42,621 nt of DNA from the NCBI GenBank assembly GCA_024402815.1, contig JAKSTB010000003.1, positions 1 to 42,621 of the forward strand, written 5' to 3'. Position numbers and translations under genes: made by a program. Within the stretch, counting starts at the first letter, position 1, and each line of letters opens with the position of its first letter. The DNA comes from Alphaproteobacteria bacterium (lineage in GTDB: Bacteria > Pseudomonadota > Alphaproteobacteria > Rs-D84). A model generated the notes under the pieces. It was not told the DNA's origin and ran no database searches. It was given only the letters and a program-made list of their open reading frames with translations. Of this stretch, positions 37,951 to 42,621 are shown piece by piece.

Positions 37951-39165
37951 TTCATATCTTAAACTGTCAATTGGGTTTAATTTTGCCGCTTTGATTGCAG
38001 GCACAACCCCAGATGACAACCCGACCACAACCGCAACTGTTACAGATACAATAACAGGCCAGATACTGAACGGGACATCATAGTGTAAAATAAGTCGCCC
38101 AACACCCTGGGATAAACCGACGCCCAAAATTAATCCAATCATGGAACCAATAAACGAAATCAACACAGATTCAGATAAAAATTGAATTATGATTACGCGT
38201 TCACGCGCGCCAACTGCTTTGCGAACGCCTATTTCACGCGTTCTTTCTACCACAGAAACCAACATCATATTCATAATGCCAATTGATCCGACCAGCAACG
38301 AAACCGCAGCAATAGCGATTAATAATAATTTTAAATAACCCGTAACCGTATCCATAGTTTCCATTATTTGTTTCATATCTGTGATTTGAAAATCATCTTC
38401 ATCACCGTCTTTTAATTTGTGTCGTTGACGAAGCAGGGAACTGATTTGATCGGTTACAACTGCATTATCTGAATCTTGATATATCTTTAACGCAATCATT
38501 GTAACAGAATCAGGAAAGGGTGACCCCTGCAATCGTTTTTTTAATGTTGTTATTGGAATAATCACCATATCATCTTGGGAACCAAAGGCAGAATCGCCAC
38601 GCGCTTTCATAACACCAATTACAACAAAGGGCATATTTTGAATTCGAATTATTTGACCAACTGGATTATCAGGCAACCCCAATTCACGTGCTGTATCCGG
38701 GCCAATTACTGCATATGTAGATGCATTTTTTATTGCGTTTATATCAAAGAAATTTCCATATTCTACTTCGATATCTTGAATTTCTGTATAATCAGGATAT
38801 GTTCCCAACATCATGGTCGACCAATTTTTATTTCCATATATAACCTGGGCAGAACCACTTTGTGCAGGTGTTACAGAAAAAACATCTGGTAATTTTCGTA
38901 TTTGCTCCGCATCTGTAATCGTTAATGTTCGCTTATTTCCAGTTCTAATTCCACCCGACCGCGCTGCGCCCGCACGTATAACAATTGTATTTGTGCCAAG
39001 AGATGAAAATTGATCTGTGATAGATTTTTGAACTGTTTCCCCAACTGCCACCATAATAACAACAGCCATAACACCAATAATAATTCCCAATACGGTCAAA
39101 AAAGATCGTAATTTATTACCACTGATTGACAACCAAGATTCTTTCAATATATCAATTATTGTCAT
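37948..39165 (-). CDS. MacB-like ABC transporter permease
   Basis: NKLRSFLTVLGIIIGV, GIMNMMLVSVVERTREIGVRKAVGA, AAKLNPIDSLRYE. Confidence 0.92.
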   Translation of the reverse strand: MTIIDILKESWLSISGNKLRSFLTVLGIIIGVMAVVIMVAVGETVQKSITDQFSSLGTNTIVIRAGAARSGGIRTGNKRTLTITDAEQIRKLPDVFSVTPAQSGSAQVIYGNKNWSTMMLGTYPDYTEIQDIEVEYGNFFDINAIKNASTYAVIGPDTARELGLPDNPVGQIIRIQNMPFVVIGVMKARGDSAFGSQDDMVIIPITTLKKRLQGSPFPDSVTMIALKIYQDSDNAVVTDQISSLLRQRHKLKDGDEDDFQITDMKQIMETMDTVTGYLKLLLIAIAAVSLLVGSIGIMNMMLVSVVERTREIGVRKAVGARERVIIIQFLSESVLISFIGSMIGLILGVGLSQGVGRLILHYDVPFSIWPVIVSVTVAVVVGLSSGVVPAIKAAKLNPIDSLRYE

Positions 39166-39905
39166 TTTTTATTTCGCTGTTCTGATTTGATTAAAACAGA
39201 TTCGTTTGCCGGTATTTTTCCGTCATAAGTAACCCGCCCGTCATAGATATGTATTACGCGATTCGCATATTGTGTTATTTCAAATTCATGGGTTATCATA
39301 ACTATGGTTATTCCCATCTCTTTATTTAATTTTTTAAAAAATCGTAAAATTTCATTTCCTATCTTGGAATCTAACGCCCCCGTCGGTTCATCTGCCAAAA
39401 TCAATTTAGGATTCCCCGACAGTGCACGTGCAATCGCAACACGTTGTTTCATACCGCCCGATAATTGAGTTGGAAAATATGTTTCAAAATTTTCCAAATC
39501 AACCAATTTTAACATTTCTTTGGCGCGTTGAATTCTGTCCGCCATACCCCAACCGCGATACATCAAAGGCAACATAACATTGTCCAACATATTTCGTTTT
39601 GGTAATAAATTAAAATTTTGAAAAACAAAACCTATGTATTCATTTCTTATTGTTGCTAATTCGTCAGGTTCCATTGTACTGGTATCTTTGCCATATAATT
39701 TATAAACCCCAGATGTCGCAGAATCCAAAGCGCCAATTATATTCATACATGTTGATTTTCCCGAACCGCTGGGCCCCATAATAGATACAAATTCGCCCTG
39801 CATCACATCAAAAGAAACATCAAATAAAACCTGTTGTTCACCACCAACAGCCAGCGGAAATTTTTTACATATTTTATCCATAGATATTATTGGTATATCG
39901 CGCAT
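39162..39905 (-). CDS. ABC transporter ATP-binding protein (MacB/LolD type)
   Basis: GPSGSGKST, IGFVFQ, LSGGMKQRVAIARAL, LADEPTGALD. Confidence 0.93.
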   Translation of the reverse strand: MRDIPIISMDKICKKFPLAVGGEQQVLFDVSFDVMQGEFVSIMGPSGSGKSTCMNIIGALDSATSGVYKLYGKDTSTMEPDELATIRNEYIGFVFQNFNLLPKRNMLDNVMLPLMYRGWGMADRIQRAKEMLKLVDLENFETYFPTQLSGGMKQRVAIARALSGNPKLILADEPTGALDSKIGNEILRFFKKLNKEMGITIVMITHEFEITQYANRVIHIYDGRVTYDGKIPANESVLIKSEQRNKK

Positions 39906-39917
39906 TTATTTTCCCCG

Positions 39918-41090
39918 CTACATTCTTGGCCCACCACGCAAGGTGCTTTTGTTTTTTGAAATTTGACCTGTGAAACCAATTATCAATTTATCGCCATCTT
40001 TGATTTCATCAGAAATAATTTGCGTTTCAGTTGGTGTGGTTAAACCTTTCTTATATGGAACAAAAACAATATCTTTGTCGCGCTTGATTGCCAGATGTGT
40101 TTTGGGTGTAATATCATCTTTTGCACCATCAACTATGTCTTTATAAGAGCGAATCAATAAACCTGAATTTTTTGTTTTCCATATATCTTCTGCCCTGGCC
40201 ACAACAACGGTTACAAAAGCGGTCATTCCCGGCATCAATTTTAAATCGGCATTATCAACATTTATAACCACAGTATAAACAACAACATTTGATACGGTTG
40301 TTGGCGATAACCTGATTTGATAAACATCGCCTTCAAAGGTTTGATTTGGATACGCATCGACAGTAAATGTTACGCGTTGGCCTTCTTTAATCATACCGAT
40401 ATCGGCTTCACTGACAGCGGTTTCAATTTGCATTTTTGATAAATCTTCGGCTATTTCGAATAAATCAGGCGTTTGGAAAGATGCGGCCACAGTTTGACCT
40501 TTGTCCACTTTACGTGATATCACCGTTCCATTCACAGGCGAAGTGATTGTAGCATAACCCAGATTTGTAACTGCACGATCATATGAATATTGTGCTTTGT
40601 TCACCGCTTGTTGTGCCTGTTCATATGTAGTTTGAGATTTTTCCATTTCTGCACGCGATATAAAACCGTCATTATATAATGATTTATTTCTGTCATATTC
40701 ACTTTTAGAATATTTCAATTCAGATTTTGCTGCGTCTAATGAAGCCCTGGCTTCATCCACTGTTGATTTTAATACAGATGGTTCTATGGTTAACAAGACA
40801 TCCCCTTGTTTAACACGGGAATTATAATCAACAAAAATATCTTCTATAGTGCCCGAAACTTGCGATCCAACATTAACAGTATTCACGGGCATTATTTCTC
40901 CGGTCGCCGTAACTGTTTGAACAATATCGCCACGCGTAACATCTATGGTTATATATTTTTTGTCTTTGCTGATATTTTTTGCGAAAAATAAAAAATATAT
41001 ACTAACACCAATCAGTATGATTATTATAAACAACCACTTGTTGCGCCATACCCAAAAGTTTTTTAACGAAAAGGCCGGTTTATTTTCCAT
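39918..41090 (-). CDS. MacA-like periplasmic adaptor (membrane fusion protein)
   Basis: VGSQVSGTI, ITSPVNGTVI, GQTVAASFQTP, LMPGMTA. Confidence 0.92.
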   Translation of the reverse strand: MENKPAFSLKNFWVWRNKWLFIIIILIGVSIYFLFFAKNISKDKKYITIDVTRGDIVQTVTATGEIMPVNTVNVGSQVSGTIEDIFVDYNSRVKQGDVLLTIEPSVLKSTVDEARASLDAAKSELKYSKSEYDRNKSLYNDGFISRAEMEKSQTTYEQAQQAVNKAQYSYDRAVTNLGYATITSPVNGTVISRKVDKGQTVAASFQTPDLFEIAEDLSKMQIETAVSEADIGMIKEGQRVTFTVDAYPNQTFEGDVYQIRLSPTTVSNVVVYTVVINVDNADLKLMPGMTAFVTVVVARAEDIWKTKNSGLLIRSYKDIVDGAKDDITPKTHLAIKRDKDIVFVPYKKGLTTPTETQIISDEIKDGDKLIIGFTGQISKNKSTLRGGPRM

Positions 41091-42402
41091 TTTTTGTTTC
41101 CTTTAATCCTGATTTTATATCGCCAATTGCCAACGCAACCGCAGCCCGTTTTATAAACAAATCATATTTCGCAGCATTGTGTTGTTTTTGTGCATCAACC
41201 AATTCAGATTGTGCGGTTTGCCAATCCAGCATAGTTGCACACCCTGCTTTGTACATACCGGCACTAACGCGTTCTGATTCAGTTGCAGATTTCAATAATA
41301 TTTTTGTTTGACCCAGCACTGTTTTCGCGGTTTTATAATTTTGATATGCGGTAAAAACATCCATGGTCGCATTATTTGATACACTTTGTTCTGTGTATTT
41401 TGCACTTTCATAATCTGCATTTGCGGAACGCGCATTATAAATATTAGAAAAGCCGACAAAAATTGGCATAGATACGGACACACCGAATTTTCCACTGATA
41501 TGTCCTGACATATCTTTGAATAAACCACCGACTGTTTTTTCATTTAATGTCGCAGTCCCGTTTATCGAAAAAGAAGGTAAATTTTTCAAAAACATACTGT
41601 TTCTTCTGTGCCATGCAACACTGGTTTGTGCATTTGCTTTCAATAAATCTGGTCTTTGTTTTTTTGCAATAGAAATTAATTTATCTAAATCTTCTGTTTC
41701 TGCATCGCCACCAAAACTGGACGGCATATCTTTGATTTTTATATCTTGGCTGGCGGGGAAAGATAAAATATTTAACAGCGTTCCTTTGGTAATTTCCCGG
41801 TTGTTTTTAGATTGTTCCAATGATAATTGAAAGCTGGCCAATGTTGTATCCGCTTTATATACATCTGCTTTGGCAACTATGCCTGATTTATATTTTTTAT
41901 CTGCGATATTTTTTGCGGTTTGTGCAACGGTCAGTGCAGATTCCGCAGCCTTGACATCTGCGTCTGCATTCAGCAACGCGTAATAAGCACCTATGATTGA
42001 ATAAATAAAATTTTGAATTGTTTCATCATAATCAAAACCTGCTGCACGATAGGTCGCTAAAGATTGTGCAAAATCAGATTCTCTTTTTCCAAAATCAAAT
42101 ATTAAATATGAAGCAGACAGGGATGCGGTATAATCCCAATCATCATGTATGGTATGTGAACGCTCTGCATTACCAGATGCAGAAACACTTGGTAAATAAT
42201 ATGAATGTGTTGAATTTTTTGTGAACCTTGCTGATTGTAATGCCATATATGCTGCCGCGGTTTGTGGGTTACGACATAAACCCATATTTATAACCTCTGG
42301 TAATGACATTTCTTGATCCGGGATATAACGCATGGTCGCACAATTTTCTTGTGCCACCGCGGACATCGAAAAAAACACGAAAAGGCCGGTAAAATATCTC
42401 AT
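41080..42402 (-). CDS. TolC family outer-membrane efflux protein
   Basis: Signal peptide; two repeats (YLPSVS...YLIFDFG; NLPSFS...MPIFVGF); first gene of the Mac-type operon. Confidence 0.88.
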   Translation of the reverse strand: MRYFTGLFVFFSMSAVAQENCATMRYIPDQEMSLPEVINMGLCRNPQTAAAYMALQSARFTKNSTHSYYLPSVSASGNAERSHTIHDDWDYTASLSASYLIFDFGKRESDFAQSLATYRAAGFDYDETIQNFIYSIIGAYYALLNADADVKAAESALTVAQTAKNIADKKYKSGIVAKADVYKADTTLASFQLSLEQSKNNREITKGTLLNILSFPASQDIKIKDMPSSFGGDAETEDLDKLISIAKKQRPDLLKANAQTSVAWHRRNSMFLKNLPSFSINGTATLNEKTVGGLFKDMSGHISGKFGVSVSMPIFVGFSNIYNARSANADYESAKYTEQSVSNNATMDVFTAYQNYKTAKTVLGQTKILLKSATESERVSAGMYKAGCATMLDWQTAQSELVDAQKQHNAAKYDLFIKRAAVALAIGDIKSGLKETKNGK

Positions 42403-42504
42403 ATATCCCCCTTGTTTGTATATAAAGATATCTTTTTAAACGCTCAAAAAACAGGGGAATGAATTCTTGATTTTTATGATTTTTTTATTTATTGAATTTT
42501 TATG

Positions 42505-42533
42505 TTGAAATGTGTTTATTTTTTGCCTAATAT
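42505..42533 (+). promoter_or_regulatory. Sigma70 promoter of tRNA-Cys
   Basis: TTGAAA-17bp-TAATAT just upstream of the tRNA. Confidence 0.6.
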
Positions 42534-42546
42534 GCTCTTACGCGAA

Positions 42547-42620
42547 GGCCAGGTGGCAGAGTGGTTATGCAGAGGACTGCAAATCCTTGGATGCCGGTTC
42601 GATTCCGACCCTGGCCTCCA
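42547..42620 (+). tRNA. tRNA-Cys (anticodon GCA)
   Basis: GGCCAGG/CCTGGCC acceptor stem, GAGGA-CTGCAAA-TCCTT anticodon arm, GTTCGA, encoded CCA. Confidence 0.97.
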
Positions 42621-42621
42621 A

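Noticed and set aside
1-42621. CRISPR array, rRNA or IS element
   Set aside because: No regularly spaced repeats, rRNA-like sequence or transposase motifs seen

Overview
AT-rich chromosomal segment that looks like a reduced-genome alphaproteobacterium (inferred from a DUF4167-like gene, lptF-lptD-surA, rsmG-parA-parB and Pal; possibly an uncultured host-associated lineage). Most of it is housekeeping: rluD, dnaX, infB, nusA, lptF, lptD, surA, rlmN, ybaB, pnp, gpsA, rsmG, parAB, pal, infC, xseB, mutS, truB, rpsO, a MacAB-TolC-type exporter, tRNA-Val(TAC) and tRNA-Cys(GCA). The canonical operons are heavily fragmented. The most notable observations are: (1) three tandem ~420-470 aa PilV/shufflon-N-like prepilins, one lacking Glu+5, plus a nearby pilin with a G|RSLIE cleavage motif; (2) an orphan secreted-protein gene bounded by an exact 17-bp direct repeat that is half of the rpsO terminator and contains both stop codons, as if a cassette had inserted into a terminator loop; (3) a Cys-rich secreted protein with an exact 100-aa repeat; (4) several probable leaderless genes, retained nusA and pnp leader hairpins, an ATT start for infC and a variant parS; (5) unusual motif substitutions in PNPase, a UDG-like protein and an OmpA-like lipoprotein. 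All family calls come from motif recognition by eye; no database search was run.
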